DNA of 64,000 nt from Patescibacteria group bacterium (GTDB taxonomy: Bacteria; Patescibacteriota; Patescibacteriia; UBA2591; JAQUPP01): positions 128,467-192,466 of the forward strand of contig JAQUPP010000001.1 of NCBI GenBank assembly GCA_028716665.1. The letters run 5' to 3'. The notes under the pieces are model-generated. The model was given only the letters and a program-made list of their open reading frames with translations. It was not told where the DNA came from and ran no database searches. Every line of letters starts with the position of its first letter. Within the stretch, counting starts at the first letter, position 1. This document shows positions 55,118-63,553 of the stretch, one piece after another. Made by a program: the position numbers and the translations under genes.

Positions 55118-57076
55118 TTGATATTTACATTTTCTATTATGCCAATACGACCATCGGCTTTAAACGAGCCAACAACAATTGAAAAAGTCCAAAGTCCGCA
55201 AGAAATAAAAATTCGAGAAACCAAAAGAGATACAGAGGCGAAAGAGATTTTGAAATCCGAAGAGGCCTATCAAAGAGGGACTATCACCGTCAGAGACTTG
55301 GTTGCTCCGGCGGCTTTAAGAGTAGACGCGAAATATTTGCAATTGGGTGATCAATATTTAAGAACCATTTTTGTCACCACCTTTCCCCGTTATGTTATGG
55401 TGGGTTGGTTTTCACCGATAATTCATCTTAACGCACCTTTGGATATTGCGATGTTTTTCTATCCGGTTGAGAGTAAAGAAGTTTTAAAACAATTATTAAA
55501 GAAGGTTGGTAATTTGGAAGTCGAGATTCAAGCTGATCGGGAAAAAACATTGCCACGAGACCCGGTTAAAGAAACCGCGTTGCAAGACATTGAAAAATTA
55601 AGAGATGATTTAACTACCGGGACTGAACATTTTTTCCAACTTGCTTTATATGTGACTATTTATGCCAATGATTTAAAAGCGTTGGATCTTCTGACCGAAA
55701 GAGTGGAAACGATATTTGGCGGTAAAATGGTTTATACTCGCCGTGTTCTTTATCAATCCGAACAAGGATTTAACTCCACTTTGCCTTTGGCTAACGATGA
55801 AATAATGACTACGGTCAATATGAGCTCCTCTCCTTGCGCTTCAAGTTTTCCTTTTATTTCCGCAGATCTTACTTCGGATAGCGGCGTGCTTTATGGGATT
55901 AACCGTCATAATAACAGTTTGATTTTATTCGACAGATTTTCCATGCCGAATGCGAACTTCACTGTTTTTGCCACCAGCGGTAGCGGTAAAAGTTATTTTG
56001 CCAAATTGGAAGTTTTGCGTTCTTTAATGCTTGGCACTGACGTGATTATTATTGATCCGGAAAGAGAATATAAGCATCTTTGCGATGCAGTGGGCGGAAC
56101 TTATGTTAATATTTCTCTAACTTCAGAAAGTAAAATCAATCCTTTTGATTTGCCGCGTTCATCAAGTCAGGATGTAAAAACCGGTGATTTGATTCGTTCC
56201 GCGGTTATTACTTTGAAAGGATTATTGAAAATTTGTATTGGCAAACCGGATGAAAAGGGGAATCTCAGTTTTACGCCGGAAGAAGATTCATTGATTGATC
56301 GCGCTTTAATTGAATCCTACGCTAAAAAAGATATTGTTCCGGGTTGCGATTTAAGTCAGATGGAAATGCCGATTATGGGTGATTTGCAGGAAATTTTGGA
56401 AGGAATGGAAGGCGGCAATAATTTAGCCGAGCGTCTTAAAAAATATACTCAAGGAACGTTCAGTGGATTTTTAAATAACCCGACCAATGTTCAAATGGAT
56501 AATAAATTGGTGATTTTTTCCGTCAGGGATTTGGAAGACGAATTAAGACCGATGGCCATTTATACGATTGTGAATTATATTTGGAATGTTGTCCGTTCGC
56601 AAATGAAAAAAAGAATTTTAATGATTGATGAAGCTTGGTGGCTGCTGCAATATGAAGATTCGGCGAAATTCATTTATGCTTTGGTGAAACGCTGCCGCAA
56701 ATATTATCTGGGCGTGACCACCATCAGTCAAGATGTGGCGGATTTCTTGAATTCTCCTTATGGAAAAGCCATTGTTACCAACTCGGCCATGCAATTGCTT
56801 TTAAAACAATCTCCGGCTGCCATTGACTTGATCGCCAAGACTTTTATGTTGACTGAAGGAGAAAAATATTTATTACTTGAATGTGGTGTTGGCGACGGCA
56901 TATTCTTCGCCGGCAATAAACACGCGGCGATTAAAGTGGTTGCTTCTTACTCGGAAGATCAGTTAATCACTTCTGATCCGCGCCAAATTTTGGAAATTGA
57001 ACAAGCCAAAAGAGATTTTGATAAAAGTTTAGATAAGGGCTCGTCAGAAAGTATCGGCGATATGCCCATTGAATAA
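55118..57076 (+). CDS. VirB4/TraC/TrbE-like conjugation-type ATPase core
   Basis: Walker A FATSGSGKSYFAK, Walker B ILMIDEAWWLL and the C-terminal KYYLGVTTISQDVAD are present. The length is 652 aa. Confidence 0.7.
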   Translation: MIFTFSIMPIRPSALNEPTTIEKVQSPQEIKIRETKRDTEAKEILKSEEAYQRGTITVRDLVAPAALRVDAKYLQLGDQYLRTIFVTTFPRYVMVGWFSPIIHLNAPLDIAMFFYPVESKEVLKQLLKKVGNLEVEIQADREKTLPRDPVKETALQDIEKLRDDLTTGTEHFFQLALYVTIYANDLKALDLLTERVETIFGGKMVYTRRVLYQSEQGFNSTLPLANDEIMTTVNMSSSPCASSFPFISADLTSDSGVLYGINRHNNSLILFDRFSMPNANFTVFATSGSGKSYFAKLEVLRSLMLGTDVIIIDPEREYKHLCDAVGGTYVNISLTSESKINPFDLPRSSSQDVKTGDLIRSAVITLKGLLKICIGKPDEKGNLSFTPEEDSLIDRALIESYAKKDIVPGCDLSQMEMPIMGDLQEILEGMEGGNNLAERLKKYTQGTFSGFLNNPTNVQMDNKLVIFSVRDLEDELRPMAIYTIVNYIWNVVRSQMKKRILMIDEAWWLLQYEDSAKFIYALVKRCRKYYLGVTTISQDVADFLNSPYGKAIVTNSAMQLLLKQSPAAIDLIAKTFMLTEGEKYLLLECGVGDGIFFAGNKHAAIKVVASYSEDQLITSDPRQILEIEQAKRDFDKSLDKGSSESIGDMPIE

Positions 57077-57090
57077 AATATTTTAATCAT

Positions 57091-57651
57091 ATGAAAAAAG
57101 TTATATTAATTATTGTTATTTTAGTTTTAATCGGCGGCACGGTTTGGTTTTTGATGTCAAAAAAAAGCCAACCAATTTTGGAAAATAAAAATATTATAAA
57201 TCAATTGGTTGATCAAGAAAACACGGTTAACCAAAATCAGGTTGAAACAGAAACATTGGTTCCAACTGCGGAAGATTTATTAAAAATAGATTTAACAAAT
57301 CAGGCACGGTCTTTTATTGAACGTTATGGGAGTTACTCTACGGACAGTAATTATGAAAATTTGCAAGAATTATTGCCGAAAATGGCTCAGCCGCTTAGAA
57401 CAGAAACAGAATCAAGAATTCAAAAAGGAGTGAAAAAAGACATGGCTGTTAATGATTTTTTCGGGCTGACTACTAAAATAATTTCCATCAATTTGGATAA
57501 ATTCGTCCCGGATTCGCAAGCGATTTTTACCGCGGAAATTCAAGAGCAAGCCGCGCGCTTAGGTCAAACAGATATTTTATATAAAACAGTAAAATTGACT
57601 TTTATAAAATCAGCCGATGAATGGAAAGTGGGAGAGATAGAGATTCATTAA
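57091..57651 (+). CDS. Bitopic membrane protein, possible VirB8-like (NTF2-like) component
   Basis: An N-terminal TM segment is followed by a ~150-aa periplasmic domain. The call rests on architecture only. Confidence 0.3.
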   Translation: MKKVILIIVILVLIGGTVWFLMSKKSQPILENKNIINQLVDQENTVNQNQVETETLVPTAEDLLKIDLTNQARSFIERYGSYSTDSNYENLQELLPKMAQPLRTETESRIQKGVKKDMAVNDFFGLTTKIISINLDKFVPDSQAIFTAEIQEQAARLGQTDILYKTVKLTFIKSADEWKVGEIEIH

Positions 57652-57748
57652 TAAATCAAAAATTAAAAATCAAAATGAAAAATGACAATGATAAAAATTT
57701 AAAATTAAAAATAAGAAATATTTTTGACATTTTAAATTATAGTAATTT
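57652..57748 (+). repeat. Second internally deleted cassette copy (MKNDNDKNLK... remnant plus ttttgacattttaaatt 3' element)
   Basis: aaaaatcaaaatgaaaaatgacaatg is followed by atttttgacattttaaattatag. Confidence 0.55.
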
Positions 57749-58204
57749 ATGGTTAGTGATATTGAAGAACAAGAAACAGAACAATCAATCGCCGTGAGAT
57801 TAAAAGCGGAAAGAGCCGAGGATGTGGTGAAATCAGATGATTCGGGAACGTCTTTCACCGGGAAAACCAAAGAATTGAAAGATGCGGCTCAGCGCCTTAA
57901 AACTGTTTATCGGATAATTAACGGAGCTTCGGCGATAACCGTAGTTGGTTTGATTGTCACCTTTCTATTGATGAATGCTCAATTGATTTTCGGTAATTTA
58001 TTAAAAGTCAAATTTGTGCCGGCTTTGGAAATATGGGAAATTATTATTTTGGGTATTATTGATGTCATTATTTTAACTGTCTTATTTTGTTTAATAGTGC
58101 TTTCAACCATCAGCGTAGTGGCCATCACTGATCCCGGGGAACTTTTTAAACTGCTATGGAGTAGTGGTTTGCAAATAATTAAAAACGCATTTTCACCATC
58201 GTAA
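57749..58204 (+). CDS. Three-TM membrane protein (hypothetical)
   Basis: It is 151 aa long, with an acidic N-terminus followed by three hydrophobic helices. Confidence 0.4.
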   Translation: MVSDIEEQETEQSIAVRLKAERAEDVVKSDDSGTSFTGKTKELKDAAQRLKTVYRIINGASAITVVGLIVTFLLMNAQLIFGNLLKVKFVPALEIWEIIILGIIDVIILTVLFCLIVLSTISVVAITDPGELFKLLWSSGLQIIKNAFSPS

Positions 58205-58221
58205 AAAATAATTTTATTTAA

Positions 58222-59493
58222 ATGACAATTAAAAATAAAAAAACTTATTTACTTATTTACTTATCAGCTTATTTGCTTATCAGTTTATTCGCGGCTGATT
58301 TTGCTTTGGCTCAGATTAAATTTCAACCTCAAGTAAGTCTTCCCGGCTTTATGAATGTCGGCGACATAAAAAATATTAGCGGCACGACTTTGGGTGAATT
58401 TATTATTGCTTTTTATAAATGGTCTATTGGCACAATCGCTTTTTTGGCTGTGGTGATGATTATGATTGCCGGTTTTCGCTGGATGACTGCGGCTGGCAGC
58501 GCGCCTCAAATTACACAAGCCAAAGATCGGATTAATTCCGCTTTGATCGGTTTGATTTTGGCCATTGGCGCTTACAGTTTATTGAGTTTTCTGAATCCCG
58601 CTTTAGTCAGATTCAAAAATTTGAATATTACAAATATTAATAATATAGAATTGGGGATAACTTGGTGCAGGGATATTTATAATAATAGTTTAATGAATCA
58701 TTTACCTGAAGAAAATGTGGTTGAATACGGTCAAGTTAATATTGATAAAACTATTAATGGAAAAACTCAATTAATTGGACAAGTTTTGGACAAACCATGT
58801 GCTCAAAGATTCCAGGTTGTTCAAGAAGAAAATGGTGTTTGGAAAGCGGCCGGTAATTCTTGTTGGACAGATTTTTGCGAAGGGGATAACAGTTGCTATA
58901 GACAGTCATCGGATAATAGTTTTATTTGCACAGATCCTATAAAATTATGTGAAGGAAAGCCGAGTACCAGTGATGCGACTTGCGCGCTTTATTTGAAAGA
59001 CGTAGGATGGGGCACTTTATATGACAAAAGTCGGCATGTTTGCGCTTATGAACCAAAGGGTTTAAATAATTGTATTCTCGATACTTTATTCAACTGTCCA
59101 AATCCCAAAGAGGGTGATAAAAAATATGAGCGGGTCAATTGCTCTGCTTCTAAAGACGCAGCAAACAATAGCGCGTGTTGGCTAAAAGGCGATGAAAAAC
59201 CTCAAGTTACTGAAGGCAAAAGATGCGCCGATGTCGATAAAACCCCTCAACCAACCTGGAGTAAAGATGGAATTTGTTGTCATGAAGTAGGAACGCTTTT
59301 TAACGACTCAAAAAATTATGTAATGTGTTACACTATTCAACCCAAGCAACTCAGATGTGAAAAATATTCATGGGACGCGCTGCCAGGGAAAAAAAGGGAA
59401 ATTATATTCTCAAGTTCTTGCGCAGAGGGTGAACAACCAGGGGTTAATATAAGCGGCGATTGTAACACAGCTTGGACTTGGTTTCGTCCTTAA
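58222..59493 (+). CDS. Secreted protein with a VirB2/TrbC-like pilin hairpin fused to a ~280-aa Cys-rich C-terminal domain
   Basis: A signal peptide is followed by YKWSIGTIAFLAVVMIMIAGFRWMTAAGS...AKDRINSALIGLILAIGAYSLL (compare VirB2 ...AVLGIVAIGISWMFGRAS...) and then at least 24 Cys. Confidence 0.45.
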   Translation: MTIKNKKTYLLIYLSAYLLISLFAADFALAQIKFQPQVSLPGFMNVGDIKNISGTTLGEFIIAFYKWSIGTIAFLAVVMIMIAGFRWMTAAGSAPQITQAKDRINSALIGLILAIGAYSLLSFLNPALVRFKNLNITNINNIELGITWCRDIYNNSLMNHLPEENVVEYGQVNIDKTINGKTQLIGQVLDKPCAQRFQVVQEENGVWKAAGNSCWTDFCEGDNSCYRQSSDNSFICTDPIKLCEGKPSTSDATCALYLKDVGWGTLYDKSRHVCAYEPKGLNNCILDTLFNCPNPKEGDKKYERVNCSASKDAANNSACWLKGDEKPQVTEGKRCADVDKTPQPTWSKDGICCHEVGTLFNDSKNYVMCYTIQPKQLRCEKYSWDALPGKKREIIFSSSCAEGEQPGVNISGDCNTAWTWFRP

Positions 59494-59509
59494 AGAGTAA
59501 AGTTAATTT

Positions 59510-60808
59510 TTGAAATTTTTTGTTAATATGAATAAAAAAGCCTTAATTATATTTTTAGTGGCAGTGATAATTTTAGCCGGATTGGTTTGGTTTGTCTTTT
59601 TTCGTCAAAAACCGGTTGTTGTTCAGCCAACTCCTGAGCAACCGATTACGGAGCAGCCGGCTCGATTGCCGGTAACTAGAAGTCAGTGGGAAGGGATGAC
59701 CATTGAAGAACGGGGACGCTTAGGTCTGCCTATTTCGGAATGGCCGGCAGAAGAAACAATAACTCCCGAAACTCCCGTGGCGCCGGAAAAAATAACTCCG
59801 GAAATTGATGAAGTGGCTTCCGGCAGCAGAACATGGATTAATACTATTTCTGATGACCAGGTTCAAAATGCAACTTTAGCCGGTGACGGACAGAGTAATA
59901 TTTATTACGATAAAACAGGCGGGCATTTTTATAAAATAGATAATTTGGGCAATAAAGAATTATTGACTGATCAAGTTTTTTATAATGTGGATAATATCAA
60001 TTGGGCCCCGACCAAAGACAGAGCGATTTTGGAATACCCGGACGGATTTAAAGTGATGTATGATTTTGATCAAAAAAAACAATATACTTTGCCAAAAAAT
60101 TGGGAAAATTTTTCTTGGGATTCGTCAGGTTCTCATTTTGCGTTTGAATCAACCAGTCAATATCCGGAAAATAATTGGTTGGCTACCAGTCGGGCCGACG
60201 GCAGTGAAGCAAAACCGATTGAACATATCGGAAACAATGCTGACAAAGTAACGGTTTCTTGGTCGCCGAATAATCAAGTTGTCGCTTTCTCGGCTACCGG
60301 AGATCCGCGAGGCGCTTGGGAACAGGAAATATTATTAATCGGCCAAAATGGCGAAAATTTTAAATCTTTGGTTATTGACGGCCGCGGTTTTGAATCGAAA
60401 TGGTCTCCAGTCGGCGACAAAATTGTTTACAGTGTTTACAGTTCTGATTCAAACTATCAACCCAAACTTTATATAGTGGATGCTCAAGGAGATGCAATCG
60501 GTAGCGGTAAAATAGATTTAAATTTGGCTACATGGGCCAATAAATGTTCATTTAATAATAATGGCAATACTCTTTATTGCGCTGTTCCTAAAAGTTTACC
60601 TGAAGGATCAGGATTAATACCTGATTTAGCCGCTAATACTCGTGATGATTTTTATAAGATAGATGTGGCCACCGGTCAAATTTCATTCTTGGCTGAAGGA
60701 GCAATGGGCGGATATAATGTAGGTGATATTTATTTATCAAGTGATGACAGTATGCTGTATTTTATTGACAAAGACACCAGTCATTTAAGATCAATCAGGC
60801 TAAAATAA
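59510..60808 (+). CDS. Membrane-anchored PD40/TolB-like beta-propeller protein with a Pro-rich linker
   Basis: An N-terminal TM segment and a PxxP linker are followed by repeated W(S/A)P...(A/V)(F/Y)S blades. Confidence 0.5.
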   Translation: MKFFVNMNKKALIIFLVAVIILAGLVWFVFFRQKPVVVQPTPEQPITEQPARLPVTRSQWEGMTIEERGRLGLPISEWPAEETITPETPVAPEKITPEIDEVASGSRTWINTISDDQVQNATLAGDGQSNIYYDKTGGHFYKIDNLGNKELLTDQVFYNVDNINWAPTKDRAILEYPDGFKVMYDFDQKKQYTLPKNWENFSWDSSGSHFAFESTSQYPENNWLATSRADGSEAKPIEHIGNNADKVTVSWSPNNQVVAFSATGDPRGAWEQEILLIGQNGENFKSLVIDGRGFESKWSPVGDKIVYSVYSSDSNYQPKLYIVDAQGDAIGSGKIDLNLATWANKCSFNNNGNTLYCAVPKSLPEGSGLIPDLAANTRDDFYKIDVATGQISFLAEGAMGGYNVGDIYLSSDDSMLYFIDKDTSHLRSIRLK

Positions 60809-60847
60809 GTAAATAGGCAAATAAGCTAACTAAGTAAATAAGTTGAA

Positions 60848-62032
60848 ATGAAAATTCAAAATTCCAAATTCAAAATTCCAAATTCTTTACTTATAATCGC
60901 CTTAATGGCGTTTTTTTGGTTTTGGGCCGGTCAGCAAGTTTCGGCTGCCTGTATCCCGCTTGGCGGAACAGATCAGCGCCCGGAAGGTTGTAATGGCAAT
61001 CCTTGTTGTCCCGGTTCTAATTGCCAAGCCACGCCACTTTTTGGAGATTCTCAAGGTTCGAACACAATGTTTCAAATTAATTGTTGGAATATTAGTGAAG
61101 GCGTAATGCCTATTACCGGTATAGAAACTGACACTCAAGAATCAAAATCAATAATTGCTCCGCAATTGCAAGTTCAAATTCCAGGTTTTCAAGGATTTAC
61201 CACTGATGAAAGTAAAATCGTGACTGAGCAAAATGGCAAAAAAAGTTATTCCTTTCCATGGATTGGCGAATATCTTATAGCTCTTTATAAATGGGCGATC
61301 AGATTAATCGCCGCTTTGGCCGTGGTGATGATTATGTGGGCCGGGGTGGAATGGATGATTGCCGGAGGCAATAGCAGTCGGATTTCCGATGCCAAAGGAA
61401 GAATCACTGGTGCTTTATTCGGGCTGGTTTTATTATTAGGCATTAATACTTTTTTAAATTTTATAAATCCGCAGTTAACTTTTTTCAAGCCGATTCATCT
61501 GGGAGAAATTGCAAAAATTGAGCTTGATGCAGAAGAAATAGATTATCCGATTGTTTTGGAAGGACAGACAGACTCGGATTGGTGGAGATTTAACCCGGGA
61601 ATTACCAAACAAATACCTGATATGTCGCCCCAATTAGCCAGTTTTACAGATTGTCTTGGTAAAAAAATCGTTGGTTCGGATAATAAACCAAAAGCGGTAA
61701 TTACCAGTATTTCCGATGATGCAGGCGTGGAAAGATGTAGAAATGCCTGGCAAAAAAAGGATTGTCGAGAAGAAAATGATCCTAATTGTTATTCTTGTCA
61801 TCATACTAAAAATTCTTGTCATTATGGAGGCAAGGAGTGTCCAGCTCAATCTTATGCCATAGATATTGGTATAACCACCAGTCCTTCGCCAACGGAAATA
61901 ATCAACGCGATTAAAGAGTGTAACCCGAACGCTTATATTTGTTATACTCCTTATAATAACTGCCCGGGTCATACAAATCATATTCATACCAGTATTGGTT
62001 GGGACTCCGGTTGTAAATGCGATAAAAAATAA
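60848..62032 (+). CDS. Paralogous secreted protein: Cys-rich N-terminal region, VirB2/TrbC-like hairpin, Cys-rich C-terminal domain
   Basis: YKWAIRLIAALAVVMIMWAGVEWMIAGGNSSRISDAKGRITGALFGLVLLLG aligns with the 58222 protein. Confidence 0.45.
   Translation: MKIQNSKFKIPNSLLIIALMAFFWFWAGQQVSAACIPLGGTDQRPEGCNGNPCCPGSNCQATPLFGDSQGSNTMFQINCWNISEGVMPITGIETDTQESKSIIAPQLQVQIPGFQGFTTDESKIVTEQNGKKSYSFPWIGEYLIALYKWAIRLIAALAVVMIMWAGVEWMIAGGNSSRISDAKGRITGALFGLVLLLGINTFLNFINPQLTFFKPIHLGEIAKIELDAEEIDYPIVLEGQTDSDWWRFNPGITKQIPDMSPQLASFTDCLGKKIVGSDNKPKAVITSISDDAGVERCRNAWQKKDCREENDPNCYSCHHTKNSCHYGGKECPAQSYAIDIGITTSPSPTEIINAIKECNPNAYICYTPYNNCPGHTNHIHTSIGWDSGCKCDKK
60852..60886 (+). repeat. Heptanucleotide tract (AAATTCA/AAATTCC)x4 plus AAATTCT, starting 2 nt after the start codon of the pilin-like gene
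   Basis: Five tandem 7-nt units are seen directly. Confidence 0.7.
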
Positions 62033-62040
62033 ATCAATTT

Positions 62041-63429
62041 ATGCCTCAAAATAAAACAATATATGCCTGTTCAAAATGCGGATCTCAATTTCCAAAATGG
62101 TTGGGACAATGTTCGGAATGCGGCGCATGGGGAACAATTTCTGAAACTGTTCAAAATAATTCTCCGCGCAAAAATTTTACAACAACAAAAGCCGGTGAAG
62201 TTATTGAATTCAGCGCCATTAAAAGCCAAAATTTTTCAAGATTTAAAACAGGCATTGAAGAATTGGACAGAGTTTTGGGAGGTGGATTGGTTCCGGGTTC
62301 GCTGATTCTTTTGGGCGGCGCGCCGGGCGTTGGAAAGAGCACTTTAGTATTACAAATAGTAAGGCAAATTTCTAATCTGCCAGTTAATGAACCAAATTCC
62401 AAATTCCAAATTCCAAATTCTGTATTATATATCAGTGGCGAAGAATCAGCCGAGCAAGTAAAATTGCGATTGGAAAGAATCGGCGTTTCGGAAAATAATT
62501 TAAAATTTTTCGGCGATACGGATGTTGATGTCATTTGCGCCACAATTGAAAAACATAAGCCTAAAATAGCGGTGGTTGACTCAATCCAGACGGTCTCTTC
62601 TTCCGGGGTTGATTCGGAAGCGGGCAGCGTTAATCAAATTCGCGCTTCAACCGCCAAATTAATGGAAGTCGGCAAGAAAACACAAACAACAATTTTTATT
62701 GTCGGTCATATTACCAAACAAGGCTCAGTGGCCGGTCCTAAAACTTTGGAGCATTTGGTTGATGTTGTCTTATATCTTGAAGGCGATTCGCATCATCATT
62801 TTCGTTTTTTAAGATCTTATAAAAATCGTTTCGGTTCAACTAATGAAGTCGGAGTTTTTGAAATGAAAAAACAAGGATTGGTGGAAATAAAAAATCCTTC
62901 CGAAGTTTTTTTGGCCAATCGGAATTCTCAAGTCATCAGCGGCTCGGTAATCGCGGCCATTATGGAAGGCGTTCGTCCTTTTTTGATAGAAGTTCAGGCA
63001 CTTGTTTCAAGAACTAATTTTGGCTATCCGCAAAGAAAAAGCACGGGTTTTGACTTTAACCGTTTACAGCTTTTGGTCGCGGTTTTAACCAAACGATGCG
63101 GCCTTAAATTGGAAAATCAGGATATTCATATCAATATTGTCGGCGGATTGGAAATTTCCGAACCGGCGGCAGATTTGGCCGTGGCTATGGCCATTGCTTC
63201 CGCTTTTTACAACAAACCGATTGACGCTAAAACTTTATTTTTCGGCGAAGTCGGTCTGGCCGGCGAATTGAGAAATGTTTCTTGGCCGGAAAAAAGAATT
63301 AAAGAAGCGGAAAAATTGGGTTTTGAAAAAATTGTGATGTCTAAAGAAAAATTTTTGGATTTTCAGCCGAAAATAAAAATTATTCAGGAAGAAAATTTGA
63401 GCCAGGCGATAAAAACAGTATTGGGATAG
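62041..63429 (+). CDS. radA: DNA repair protein RadA/Sms
   Basis: It has an N-terminal zinc ribbon CSKCGSQFPKWLGQCSECGAWG, Walker A GGAPGVGKST and a Lon-like C-terminus. A ~12-aa insertion is encoded by the heptamer tract. Confidence 0.85.
   Translation: MPQNKTIYACSKCGSQFPKWLGQCSECGAWGTISETVQNNSPRKNFTTTKAGEVIEFSAIKSQNFSRFKTGIEELDRVLGGGLVPGSLILLGGAPGVGKSTLVLQIVRQISNLPVNEPNSKFQIPNSVLYISGEESAEQVKLRLERIGVSENNLKFFGDTDVDVICATIEKHKPKIAVVDSIQTVSSSGVDSEAGSVNQIRASTAKLMEVGKKTQTTIFIVGHITKQGSVAGPKTLEHLVDVVLYLEGDSHHHFRFLRSYKNRFGSTNEVGVFEMKKQGLVEIKNPSEVFLANRNSQVISGSVIAAIMEGVRPFLIEVQALVSRTNFGYPQRKSTGFDFNRLQLLVAVLTKRCGLKLENQDIHINIVGGLEISEPAADLAVAMAIASAFYNKPIDAKTLFFGEVGLAGELRNVSWPEKRIKEAEKLGFEKIVMSKEKFLDFQPKIKIIQEENLSQAIKTVLG
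62404..62431 (+). repeat. Heptanucleotide tract (AAATTCC)x3 plus AAATTCT inside radA
   Basis: It is near-identical to 60866-60886. Confidence 0.7.
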
Positions 63430-63456
63430 AAAAATTCAATAATTTATCAATAAAAA

Positions 63457-63486
63457 ATAGCCTTGACAAAAGGGCTATTTTTTGAT
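63457..63486 (+). terminator. Intrinsic terminator (atagcc-ttgacaaaag-ggctat followed by T6). It overlaps a TTGACA -35-like box for the next gene.
   Basis: A hairpin is followed by a T-run after the radA stop. Confidence 0.5.
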
Positions 63487-63553
63487 AGTATAATTGTATG
63501 GTTAAGATGAATATAATAAAGGTTAAAAATTTAATTAATTAAATTAAAAAAAT

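Noticed and set aside
53376-57748. Diversity-generating retroelement (because the 4HB protein is Avd-family)
   Set aside because: I saw no reverse-transcriptase ORF (no YxDD-containing protein) and no template/variable-repeat pair in the window. I kept only a low-confidence note inside a finding.
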